From Octopus bimaculoides (lineage: Eukaryota), in the NCBI RefSeq assembly GCF_001194135.2, contig NC_068981.1, positions 85,852,564 to 85,893,776 of the forward strand: 41,213 nt of DNA. The letters are read 5' to 3'. A program made the translations under genes and the position numbers. Under the pieces are notes generated by a model. That model made no database searches and had not been told where the DNA came from. It saw nothing but the letters and a program-made list of their open reading frames with translations. The number at the start of each line of letters is the position of its first letter. Position 1 is the first letter of the stretch. Positions 11,041-22,649 of this stretch are shown here, in pieces.

Positions 11041-11269
11041 TGTCTTTGTTGTTGTTGTTATAATTATAAATTTCTTGAAAAAATGTAATGATTTTTTGTA
11101 ATTGACATGACAAACGATATCTGGGCAGAAATTTTCAATAAAATCAGAAGAGATAGTCCAAACCAAAAAGAATTCGGATCACGTTCATGATTTTTGAAGT
11201 GCTTATCCGTCTTTGGAAGGGTGAGACCAATACAGTTAAAGTTTAGCTTGTGCATATCTAGTACAATAC

Positions 11270-11304
<35 letters not shown>

Positions 11305-11780
11305 AAATCATAACAAAAATAGCTAAGATAGGGAAAGGATACTAGTAAGAAACAGAACAGTCCGACAGAGGAAAGATTCTGAACAGGGTGATTCTGATTA
11401 GAAATAGGGCAAGGTATGCTATAGGGAATAAATGAATCAGAGCCATCATCTGCATGAAACAATATAGCCTCAATAATGCTATTAGGCCTACTAGAAACAG
11501 CAACTATATTTCCTTCAAATCAAACGGGGAGAATACATAATGAAATCTGAATACGCCTAAAGATACCGGATGGTTACAAGTGGAATGCATTTGATCTTGC
11601 GTTTACCAATCGAAGTTGACTTGAAGCTAAAGAAAATAATAGTCAAGTTAGTCTTAATATAACTTATGCTATTGTATTAAAAACCTAACTAGAAATAATT
11701 ATATGGTGAAAAAATATTAATCATTGACTAATACCGATTCTTTCCTTCATTGCATAATTATTCAAAGTCAGTTTATAAAT

Positions 11781-13298
11781 GGATCCATTTGGTTTGACGG
11801 GCAACACTTGTTTTCTTAACGAAACACTTTCAAACTTGGGATACTGGTAGAATGTGTCATATAAAACATCTTTTTCTCTTAGCCTTCTTAACAAAAATTA
11901 CTTCTTAATAAGTTATTTCATGTTAAAGTTGTCGTATTTCTGTAATTTCAACCAACCACTGACGTCTATTCAGCTGAATACAGTTAGTGCTGTTCGGTGT
12001 CAAGTGTGTTATTCCCTGTTTAATTCTATCATTATTCCCTAGTAAGGGTTTAGGGTTTTGGGGTTAGGGTTCGGGTTTTAGAGTTAGGGTTAGGGTTGGG
12101 GTTAGGGTTAGGGTTAAGGTTATGGCAAAATAATCATAACCCTAACCGTAATCCTAAAACTAACCCTAACTCTAAAACCCGAACCCTACCCCTAAAGCCC
12201 TAAAGCTAAAACCAGCACAAACGCACGAACGATGTCATAAATAAGAGTAACACGGGTAGTTCTTGTTGACAAACAACGGCACTAATTTTATTCAAGGGAA
12301 AAGATCTCATGACACCGTTGTTTACATTCCACGCCATTAATTGTTTTCACCTCAATAGACGTCAGTGATTGGTTGAAATTACCGAAATACGACAACTTTT
12401 TACATGAAATAACTTCGAATACAAAAATATTTATCNNNNNNNNNNNNNNNNNNNNNNNNNNNNNNNNNNNNNNNNNNNNNNNNNNNNNNNNNNNNNNNNN
12501 NNNNNNNNNNNNNNNNNNNNNNNNNNNNNNNNNNNNNNNNNNNNNNNNNNNNNNNNNNNNNNNNNNNNNNNNNNNNNNNNNNNNNNNNNNNNNNNNNNNN
12601 NNNNNNNNNNNNNNNNNNNNNNNNNNNNNNNNNNNNNNNNNNNNNNNNNNNNNNNNNNNNNNNNNNNNNNNNNNNNNNNNNNNNNNNNNNNNNNNNNNNN
12701 NNNNNNNNNNNNNNNNNNNNNNNNNNNNNNNNNNNNNNNNNNNNNNNNNNNNNNNNNNNNNNNNNNNNNNNNNNNNNNNNNNNNNNNNNNNNNNNNNNNN
12801 NNNNNNNNNNNNGGGGTTAGGGTTCGGGTTTTAGAGTTAGGGTTAGGGTTGGGGTTAGGGTTAGGGTTAAGGTTATGGCAAAATAATCATAACCCTAACC
12901 GTAATCCTAAAACTAACCCTAACTCTAAAACCCGAACCCTACCCCTAAAGCCCTAAAGCTAAAACCAGCACAAACGCACGAACGATGTCATAAATAAGAG
13001 TAACACGGGTAGTTCTTGTTGACAAACAACGGCACTAATTTTATTCAAGGGAAAAGATCTCATGACACCGTTGTTTACATTCCACGCCATTAATTGTTTT
13101 CACCTCAATAGACGTCAGTGATTGGTTGAAATTACCGAAATACGACAACTTTTTACATGAAATAACTTCGAATACAAAAATATTTATCTCTTCTATAATA
13201 CAAAATATACAAGTATACGAAGTTTGAAAGTGTTTCGGTACCAAAAACACTACATAAAACATTAATGAAAAATGTTGCCCGTCAAACCAAAAAGATCC
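11781..13298. mobile_element. Long-TIR (~190-210 bp) MULE-like MITE with an internal TTAGGG/CCCTAA palindrome; true length about 765 bp once the gap-flanking duplicate is collapsed
   Basis: Ends ggatccatttggtttgacgggcaaca and tgttgcccgtcaaaccaaaaagatcc. Inner TIR 11910-11970 pairs with 13107-13168. Flanks ttataaat/tattaaat (6/8) are a possible TSD. Confidence 0.8.
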
Positions 13299-13763
13299 TA
13301 TTAAATTAATACGCCAGTCAATATGCTACTGTAACAGGAAATCTAGTCCTAGATTCCATTTTCAATCTCTTGTGTGCTGGTGTGCATGAGAATTAACAAT
13401 ATACTTAGCCCATGAGAAAGAGTCCTATTCCTTTTCGAGGAACTATAAAGTGATAAAGGCAGTACTTGTACCGGAACTTCATTGTATTCATGAAAAAGCG
13501 AACAGCTGGTTATTCTTGCTCGAAGGTATATTCGCCAGTCCAAACCATCGACAACCAGACCAGACCCACTAGATTTAGTTGTTAAGTCTATAGACACCTA
13601 TGTGCAGCAGTAAGGGATGTGTTCAGAAGTTGACGGCACTTTTTCTCTTCCTCACTACTTATAGTAACAAAGTTCGACTCTTGACGTTAAACCCTTTTGT
13701 AATCATCATGGCTCTTATTTTGTATAAGTATTGATTGGATTCATTCATTCAGCAACTGTGATC

Positions 13764-14145
13764 CCAACCACATGGTTCCTGGTTCAGTCCCACTGCGTGA
13801 CATCTTGGGCAAGTGTCTTCTACTAGAGCCTCGGGCCGACCAAAGCCTTGTGAGTGGACTTGGTAGACGGAAACTGAAAGGAGCCCGATGTATATATGTA
13901 TATATTTATGTGTGTGTCTGTGTGTCTGTGTTTATCTCCCCCACCGTTTGACAACCGATGTTGGTGTGTTTACGTCCCCGTGACGTAGCAGTTCGGCAAA
14001 AAAAACTGATAGAATAAATACTACGCTTACAAAGAATAAATCCTGGGGTCGATTTCTTCTACTAAAAGAAAACCCTTTAAGGCAGTGCTCCGGCATGGCT
14101 GCAGTCAAAGGACTGAAACAAGTAAAAGAATAAAATAAAATAAAA
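13764..14145 (+). mobile_element. SINE family A, 5'-clipped
   Basis: Collinear with 1030-1428. Confidence 0.88.
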
Positions 14146-14700
14146 ATTCCAGTTAAAAGTCATACATAAGCACTTTACACATGTGACGAATAACTTCCTA
14201 GATTCTTGCCCAAGATTCAAAACCTGGCCGAGATTTTTCTACGTGCCCTTGGCTTTTGCACTTAGAAATTTATGAGAGTTAACTGTCACACTTAGTTAAG
14301 TTCTATTGTTTAAGTGAACATTGTGGGGTTAAATAGGGTTCAAGCAGATAGCAGACGAAAAATCCTTTCTTCACCCTGACCTAATTTAGTTCGAAAAAAT
14401 ATGAGTACGGAACCCCAAAACGGTTCCACCTCTTCACTTGGTCCCTCGCTAGAAGAGCACATTTGTCTGCTTCTCATTTCAAGTATAGTTTGTCTCTGCG
14501 CAATAATACAACTTTTACCCTCTCTACTTGTTAAAAGTCTTTTACTCTTTGTCCTTCTAGCAGTCAACAAAAAATGAAGTTTATTACTTACAAAATGGAT
14601 AACAGAACACAAATTATCATTGTATGACCACAACTCGAAGAAGTTGTATCTTACATTGTAACGATGAAAATAAAGGGCTATTTCAACTAATAATTATATA

Positions 14701-15027
14701 CTCTTTTATTCTTTTACTTGTTTCAGTCATTTGACTGTGGCCATGCTGGAGCACCGCCTTTAGTCGAGCAAATCGACCCCAGGACTTATTCTTTGGAAGC
14801 CTAGTACTTATTCTATCAGTCTCTTTTGCCGAACCGCTAAGTTACGGGGACGTAAACACACCAACATCGGTTGTCAATCGATGTTGGGGGGACAAACACA
14901 GACACACAAACATATACACATACATACATATATACGACGGGCTTCTTTCAGTTTCCGTCTACCAAATCCGCTCACAAGGCTTTGGTCGGCCCGATGCTAT
15001 AGTAGAAGACACTTGCCCAAGGTGCCG
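14701..15027 (-). mobile_element. SINE family A, 5'-truncated
   Basis: Reverse complement of ~1080-1428. Confidence 0.9.
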
Positions 15028-15839
15028 TAAATAGATTTTCTTCCTCTCGTTTATTTGCTACATAATAATCGTTGCATAAATGTCTTTAAAGACATTGGTA
15101 CATCTCCCGTCCCTTTTGATTACCTAGCTTCTTATTTGAAACAGTTTGTATGTTTTATGTTTGGGGGTAAGATGTGAATATTGCCCTGTATGACATGCTC
15201 CGTCTTGGTACATATGCAGGAGTCACTTCATCAAAAAAAAAAAAAAAAAAAAAGCTCTCTTTTGGAGCTAACAACGTGTGCTAATGATCACTACTGTTTG
15301 AAGCAAATATCAGGAATCCTTTTCGCAGATGAAATGGGATGGAAGTTGATGGTCTTGGAGATCACCAAATTGACTGTTGCGGCCCTCTGTCGAATCTGGT
15401 AGACATTTTGAAACTCAACTACTGCAACTGGAAGAAAATCAATTGTAGACATGAGACAAATTTGGAAGTACAAGTATTTTCATAAATATTATGCAGTAGT
15501 GTAATTGGAATACGGTGCTCAGAACTGCATAAATGCTCGAGTTTTAAGAACGTAGTAAATGAAGCTGTTGTGTCTGACTCCGAAAGTAAAAAAGTTTAGA
15601 AGCCAAAGCAATGTATTTTTAAAGATCTAGCTCTTACGTTATTTAAATGCAAGGGTTAAAATAAAACACAACTGAAAACAAAATATATCTACGTGATGCT
15701 GTTTGTGCTTATTGATCAATTTAAGTTTATGTCCATAGCAAATAGATATATGAAACAAAGTTTTCTATACTAAATCCGACAACTCGTATATTTTTCCTCC
15801 AGTAGTAACTAAAGCAGCTAAAATTTCAAAAGTCTAGAG

Positions 15840-16146
15840 CAGTGGTTTTCAACTAGGGTTCATACAAGATTTTTAAGGGTCCACGCAACAAAATAGTAAA
15901 TTGGGGATACCCAATAATATCTTAAGGGACCCTGCAAAAATTTTGCTTTTGATGTATGTATTGGTATGTATTGCAAGAAACAGCTAGATTTCTTTCTCTA
16001 ACATTTTACATAGTTCGACCAACACAAGTTAATGTGTGAATAACAAAATAGGAATTTTGAAAGACGTTTCTATAAAACCAGTTTTTCAACATCGAATGGC
16101 TACCCCACCAGAATAAAATAGTAATCAAAGGGGTTGGGAAACCCTG
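15840..16146. mobile_element. hAT-type MITE, old
   Basis: TIRs cagtggttttcaact / ggttgggaaaccctg. Flanks gtctagag / gcgaagag (5/8); the left one fits the NTCTAGAN target of hAT-Charlie elements. Confidence 0.5.
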
Positions 16147-17541
16147 GCGAAGAGCCCCTTTCAATTTATGAATATTGTAGTATATTGTAAGACTTCTGGA
16201 ACAATAATTAACACCATGCAGCGTAGCTCATAAAAATTTACATAACATTTCTATTTCCTTAAGTTCATCACAAATTTGATCAGGTAGTACTAGTCTTCAC
16301 ATGAGCTCCCATTAATTACTGAAGACTGACTTTTAATAAACTAGAAATTAAAAAAAAAGTGTCCCTACAGCAAAATCACGAAACTATGAAAAGAAATTTG
16401 CAAAGAAATGTTATTGCATCAATGTATACTTGATGTATCATCCATTAACATGGGTTTTGTCACATACACACAAAAGTACACTTTATTTTGCCTAGCAACC
16501 TGAGACATCAGCCTTGCGTAGATTAATCAGTATAAATTGCACAGTGGATCTGGAAAAGTCAACATTTAATTAACTTATAGTTGATGTACAACACACGTTA
16601 GTTTTAGGGACACTGAAATTACTGATCAGAGATGTATACTCAATCAGTCTATAACTGTAAGCTGGTCCCACACGTGTCGCATGAAAATCGGAAATTAAGC
16701 ATATTAATGGTCCACACACTAGCTTATAGCAAATATCATTGCCATCAGCTACTAACTAGCTTTGCTCTGTTTTAAACACACATCTTCACCCCTTGTCAAA
16801 ATAATCAGAAACCACAACTCTCCTGACGTTAACTTCTCACACACACACACACACACACATACAGCTAGTCAACAAAATATTCTAACACACGTACCTTCAA
16901 CTACATACTGCTAGCAGTTCAACCAATCGTGAATATATAATGAAGTCTTGAGTGTCAAAGCTATTTTAACTGTTCTCTCTCTTGACCGTTAGTGGTTCAG
17001 TATTTCATTGTAATGTTGTATGAGATAAAATATTTATAGATTTCAGAGGAAAAAGACCTCAATTACTCCTTTTCGAAGACTTCACTCACTCAATACTGAC
17101 ATTTGTAAACCGCGTTTACACGTGGTAAACAAAAACAATACACTATCTTTTATATTTATTTTGTAATTTTTTCTTGACAACTTTGGTAGATACGTTGAAA
17201 TCTATGTTTAACTGATGAGATCATAATAACAGCAAAACATATTCGGAGTTTTCTCCCTTACTCAAACATGCCAAATAAAAATATTAGTAATTTACATTGC
17301 TTTTTTTTCTTCACTACCTAATTCGTTCTATTTAGCCCTTATAAATACTTCCTATATTAAATATGTCATCACCAATTTAAATAAGGTACTGTCACACAAT
17401 ATATGGCAATTATTAAACGAAATATATTTAATTTTTCAAATATTTTAATTATAGTCATCCTAGTCCTTCCGAAATATTTTGTTAACTATTATGTTTTTAT
17501 TCAACTTTCTTGTTTATTAAAAAACAAAAACAAACAAAAAC

Positions 17542-18082
17542 AGGCGCAGGAGTGGCTGTGTGGTAAGTAGCTGGTTTACCAACCACATGGTTCCGGGTTC
17601 AATCCCACTGCGTGGCACCTTGGTCAAGTGTCTTCTACTATAGCCTCGGGCCGACCAAAGCCTTGTGAGTGGATTTGGTAGATGGAAACTGAAAGAAGCC
17701 CGTCGTATATATNNNNNNNNNNNNNNNNNNNNNNNNNNNNNNNNNNNNNNNNNNNNNNNNNNNNNNNNNNNNNNNNNNNNNNNNNNNNNNNNNNNNNNNN
17801 NNNNNNNNNNNNNNNNNNNNNNNNNNNNNNNNNNNNNNNNNNNNNNNNNNNNNNNNNNNNNNNNNNNNNNNNNNNNNNNNNNNNNNNNNNNNNNNNNNNN
17901 NNATACTGGTGTGTTTACGTCACCGTAACTTAGCGGTTCGGCAAAAAGAGACCGATAGAATAAGTACTAGGCTTACAAAGAGTAAGTCCTGGGGTCGATT
18001 TGCTCGACTAAAGGCGGTGCTCCAGCATGGCCGCAGTCAAATGACTGAAACAAGTAAAAGAGTAAAAGAGTAAAGAGTAAAA
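17542..18082 (+). mobile_element. SINE family A, full length, N-gap in the internal microsatellite
   Basis: aggcgcaggagtggctgtgtgg head through (gtaaaaga)n tail. Confidence 0.9.
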
Positions 18083-19989
18083 CAACCAAAAAAAAACCAT
18101 TTAAAGATGTTAATATGATTTCTTCCTGCATTATCCTACACTTTATTTGCTGAAATATAATTTTAGAAAGTAGACCTCTCTAGCAGCAAACAGCAAGCTC
18201 TGAAATCCATTTCGAAACTTTTGTAAATCGTGTATGCCTGTTGCTTGCCTGGCTTAGAAAGTAGCTTCTGTGTCACTTGCACGAGCAACATCTGGTCGGG
18301 AGCAGACAGCAAGTAGCGAAAATATTTTATTTTTGTTTATTTGCTTTAACTGTACTCTGGACCAGATTTCGGGGGGTATCCCCCATCCCTAGTGTGTAAA
18401 ATACCTTTTTGATGTTTCAGAACGTATAAATCTACAACCATGTGATCGGTCAAATCTGATAACCGCTGTATTTACTTTTTACGAACAGATAAATAAAAGT
18501 TGTCCCCGTCAAAGATATGTGTACGAAATTGTTTGCAGCCCTTCTCCATGTGCATAGTTCATAAAAATCTATTGGCTTAATAAAAACAGGCAAAGATAAA
18601 TTTCTGCAGGACAGAAAAACTTGACAAACTGAGATAAACATCCTTAGATACTTAAAATGTAAATACAGTAGTTTGATAGTAAAACCCTGGGCTGCTAGCC
18701 TAATTTCATAACCACTTTTCATTTTATTTTATAGAGACAAGTTAGCATGCATTATTATAGATATGAATACAGAATTTAGGAAAAAGCAACAGGAACAAAG
18801 GATACAGACTTTTGACTGATTTAATGTTTTTTTCTTTTAAGTTTCATTAAAAAATCTGTTTACTTGGACTATTATTTTTCCCGTTACTTTTAACCAAAAA
18901 TTGAAACTTTTTTTCTGTGGTATTTTTCCTGTGATTTCATTTCTGTTCACCAAATATTTAGAGGAGTCTTTTTTTTTTTCGTCGAGAATGTTATTATTTC
19001 TATTTACTGTTATTCCTGTTAATGCTTTAAATGGGATTCGTTTATTAAGTTATTTGGATGCATTTCTTTAACTGCCAACCACTTGAGTGCTTTGAAATAT
19101 TAATTTAGAGATAAAACTTGCTACCACATTTATATATATATATATAAAAAGATATTCTTATTATTAATATTCATATTATGATGAAAAAAGTACTACAAAA
19201 AACAACCCTTTTAACCATGAAATAAAATATGGAAAAGTTAATTGTGTCCCTTCGTCTTAGCGACAAGTGTGAATAAAATGAATTACTTTTGCTACTATTT
19301 ATTACTAAATAAACATTACAACTTTCTAAAAACACAATGAAAGTTATATTAGTTATAGATAACAATTCTTTTACATATATACATAACAATTTTTTCATAG
19401 TTCATTAAATCAATTTAAGTAAAATAACATCAAAAGTTTAAACTACCGCACGCGGGTAATGATGAGAAAGAGTTTGCACTCACTTGCCTACTTAGTGAAG
19501 GTCTATATTGAAAACGAGGTAATTTCCGGCATCCATTAAGAAGAGAAGCTAGGTGTTGTCGTTTCGCTTGTGGAACGCCTTAAGGTTGGTGTTGCTTCAT
19601 TTTAATAGTTGTTTTCGCTCTATATGCAGTTTATTTGATATTTTTCATTTAATTTAAAACTACGTTCGATGAGGTTCACGTAGTTTTAGTCTCTGAAATA
19701 GAAACTTATTTTTTTAAATAGGCGCTTCTTTTCTCACCATTTAAAAACTATTTAAGAATAATTGATATTTCCTTTTTAGTATGCATTTGCTTAAAAAAAA
19801 ATGCGTATGCTTGTTGAATTATTAAATTAACTGCTAAATACTTGTCATTTTGCCAGCTATCTGCTACGCAAAAAAAAAAGAGAAAAAAAAAGACATTCAC
19901 ACTGTTAATTATCAGAGAATTTAAGAAAGAAATGACAGGTTCACCGCTTGTTATATGTAGTTTATTTGTAAGTTAAGGCAATTTTATAA

Positions 19990-20019
19990 TTGACTTTTTT
20001 TTGTTGCATTTATCGTTAG
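19990..20019 (+). promoter_or_regulatory. Putative branch point, polypyrimidine tract and 3' splice site upstream of the p38 start codon
   Basis: ttgac(t)8gttgcatttatcgttAG ends 43 nt upstream of the ATG at 20063. Confidence 0.35.
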
Positions 20020-20062
20020 AGTCTGTCAGAACGACAGTCTGAATATCCCAACTGCGAATGAG

Positions 20063-20184
20063 ATGGCTACTGCAGACGAAGGTGAGATATTTTACCAAGT
20101 TGAGTTAAACAGAACAACTTGGAGAATTCCAGAACGTTATCAGAGACTTGCTCCAGTTGCATACGGTGCTTACGGTCAAGTTTG
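20063..20184 (+). CDS. MAPK14: p38 MAP kinase (MAPK14-like), first coding exon
   Basis: [40 protein letters not shown]+TG then gtaagt. Matches the p38 N-terminus (human p38a [32 protein letters not shown]), with a phase-2 intron in the Cys codon. The symbol marks the family, not proven 1:1 orthology. Confidence 0.95.
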
Positions 20185-22095
20185 GTAAGTAATTTATTAT
20201 TATTATTAAAAATGAGCAAAATAAATAAATAAATAAATATGCTGATGATGATTACTTGTAGTTCATCAAGGGATGTAACTCTGATGTCTTGACCGCTCTT
20301 TTATGTCTCCTCTCCCCAAATAAATTCCAACAGTTTTGTTGTGTGTGTGTATGTAAATAAATATATATATANNNNNNNNNNNNNNNNNNNNNNNNNNNNN
20401 NNNNNNNNNNNNNNNNNNNNNNNNNNNNNNNNNNNNNNNNNNNNNNNNNNNNNNNNNNNNNNNNNNNNNNNNNNNNNNNNNNNNNNNNNNNNNNNNNNNN
20501 NNNNNNNNNNNNNNNNNNNNNNNNNNNNNNNNNNNNNNNNNNNNNNNNNNNNNNNNNNNNNNNNNNNNNNNNNNNNNNNNNNNNNNNNNNNNNNNNNNNN
20601 NNNNNNNNNNNNNNNNNNNNNNNNNNNNNNNNNNNNNNNNNNNNNNNNNNNNNNNNNNNNNNNNNNNNNNNNNNNNNNNNNNNNNNNNNNNNNNNNNNNN
20701 NNNNNNNNNNNNNNNNNNNNNNNNNNNNNNNNNNNNNNNNNNNNNNNNNNNNNNNNNNNNNNNNNNNNNNNNNNNNNNNNNNNNNNNNNNNNNNNNNNNN
20801 NNNNNNNNNNNNNNNNNNNNNNNNNNNNNNNNNNNNNNNNNNNNNNNNNNNNNNNNNNNNNNNNNNNNNNNNNNNNNNNNNNNNNNNNNNNNNNNNATAT
20901 ATATATTGTTGTTGTTGAAGTATGTGTAAACACTCAGTAATTTTGAAAACCGAACAGGATGTGTTTCTTGTAACCTCAGCACTAGATGTGCATTTTTATG
21001 TTTGCCGTTCTTATAATATAGAAAGTGTATATTCTTCTAGTGTAGTAAGGATTGTCGTTGCTGCTTAAAGACTCTTAGAAAAAATTTTCTCGTGTAAAGT
21101 TACGTGCGATCGTTTATAGTTTATTTCATACATGGCAGTTTTCGCATTTATGGAGGGGTGGGGTGGGGAAATGATCATCGGACGAGGGGTTTCATCGTAA
21201 TATAGAATACACCTATGAATATAATAATTGAAATAGAACCCCCAATACTAAAAATAGTATAAGTGATATTACTGATTTTGGGGAAACCTGTCAACAGATA
21301 TGTGTTGGGAGTTGAAAGCTGATGTAAAATTATGTGATACATCCAACTTAGCAAAAGCTTCGTAAACTGTCAAGTGAAACCGCTTTACACATTTCTCTTT
21401 GGCATTTCATCAACATTCTTTTTAGTTTAAATGGGATTGTGGAAACTTGAGCTGAGAAATATACCTGAGAAATTAGAGTCATATTCTGAATGTAAATGAA
21501 CATATAAAAGTGCATCTGTGTCTACAATCATTGACAAAGTAGGTTGATGTTTTTTTTGAGGGCTGACATGGGGAGGTGCGGCTGTTTTGATATTTGGCCG
21601 GTTTAAAAAGATTATTTACATTATGTCTTTGACTAAAATTGTTGAATACTATTTTAAGTTTTTTTTTTGTATATGATGTATATTTTTTCCTTTATAGAGT
21701 TTTACGATACCGTCTAATGATTTTCTAGTTAATTATAACTATGCATGGTAGTTAAAAAGTTACTAGAGAGATTTCGTATCTAGATTGGGCAGTATATCTT
21801 GTACGGTAGTTGGTTTGGCGGCAAGAACATTGAATAAACTGATCGACAGAAATACAGATTATTATACTTTAAAATGTTTGGTGATGGTTCAAAGCCTACC
21901 ATTTGCTTTAATATTTTTTTCACAGAAATCTGTTATAATAATTGTTTATAATTTAGGCACAAAGTATTTTTGAGGGGAGTGGAGTTAGTCAATACTACCG
22001 TCTCCAGCACTTAACTGATAGTTTTAGTTTATCGACTCCAAAAGTATGAAAGAGAAAGTTAACTTCAGTAATCAATTTGAAACCAGACTCGAAAG

Positions 22096-22216
22096 CAGTG
22101 TTTCTCAACCTTTTTGCTCATGCGTAACCCTTAAAATAAATTATATGTCTCAAGGAACCCCTGCACAAAAAAATTATATACCATATCTTTCTCATATTTT
22201 TCATCGTAGTTCACAT

Positions 22217-22257
<41 letters not shown>

Positions 22258-22340
22258 CGATCATGAAATCAGCATTAGCTTATCTCACTCTTTCTCGCGG
22301 AACCCTAGGGTTCCGGGGGACCCTGGTTGAGAAAACGTTG
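22096..22340. mobile_element. hAT-type MITE with internal (TA)n
   Basis: TIRs cagtgtttctcaacc / ggttgagaaaacgttg. 8-bp TSD ctcgaaag / ctctaaag (7/8). Confidence 0.8.
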
Positions 22341-22649
22341 CTCTAAAGAGTTGGAAGAAATACTCCAAGTCATTTGGTCTGACCCTTTAACAATTCAGCC
22401 AGTCGATCCTAATATAATGATGCTAATATTTGTATTTCCATAGAGCCTAAGATTTAGATGTGTTCTTCAACAAATAGTCATTACATGCATTGTATTTTCT
22501 GTGACTTATAATGTTCTCAAGTCTTTCTAAGTCTATCTTAACTCTCATTACTTTCCCTCGTCAACTCATAATATTGTAATGTATGTTCATTCTAGTGAAG
22601 ATTTCTTCTGTACATTGACTAATTGTCTGTTACCTCACTTGCAGTGTTT

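Noticed and set aside
12043-12215. True ancestral chromosome end-to-end fusion site
   Set aside because: The tract is short and enclosed by long TIRs, so it is better explained as transposon cargo.
12060-13188. Apparent tandem duplication of the telomere-motif MITE core
   Set aside because: 12060-12435 and 12813-13188 are identical 376-bp blocks flanking a 377-N gap. This is the typical signature of unmerged overlapping contig ends.
13349-13597. 82-aa minus-strand ORF with a possible acceptor (cacatag), as the last exon of a divergent gene
   Set aside because: No recognisable homology and no partner exons found. Cannot be excluded without RNA-seq.
14340-14633. 97-aa minus-strand ORF
   Set aside because: No recognisable motif or splice support.
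15181-15480. Relatively GC-balanced island with short ORFs on both strands
   Set aside because: No frame gives a recognisable protein, and no convincing donor/acceptor pair.
17200-17250. CTGATGAG...AAAAC hammerhead-like remnant
   Set aside because: GAAA is missing and stems I and II do not pair convincingly.
20159-20161. RNA editing restoring the P-loop glycine
   Set aside because: GCA to GGN needs C-to-G, which neither A-to-I nor C-to-U editing can produce.
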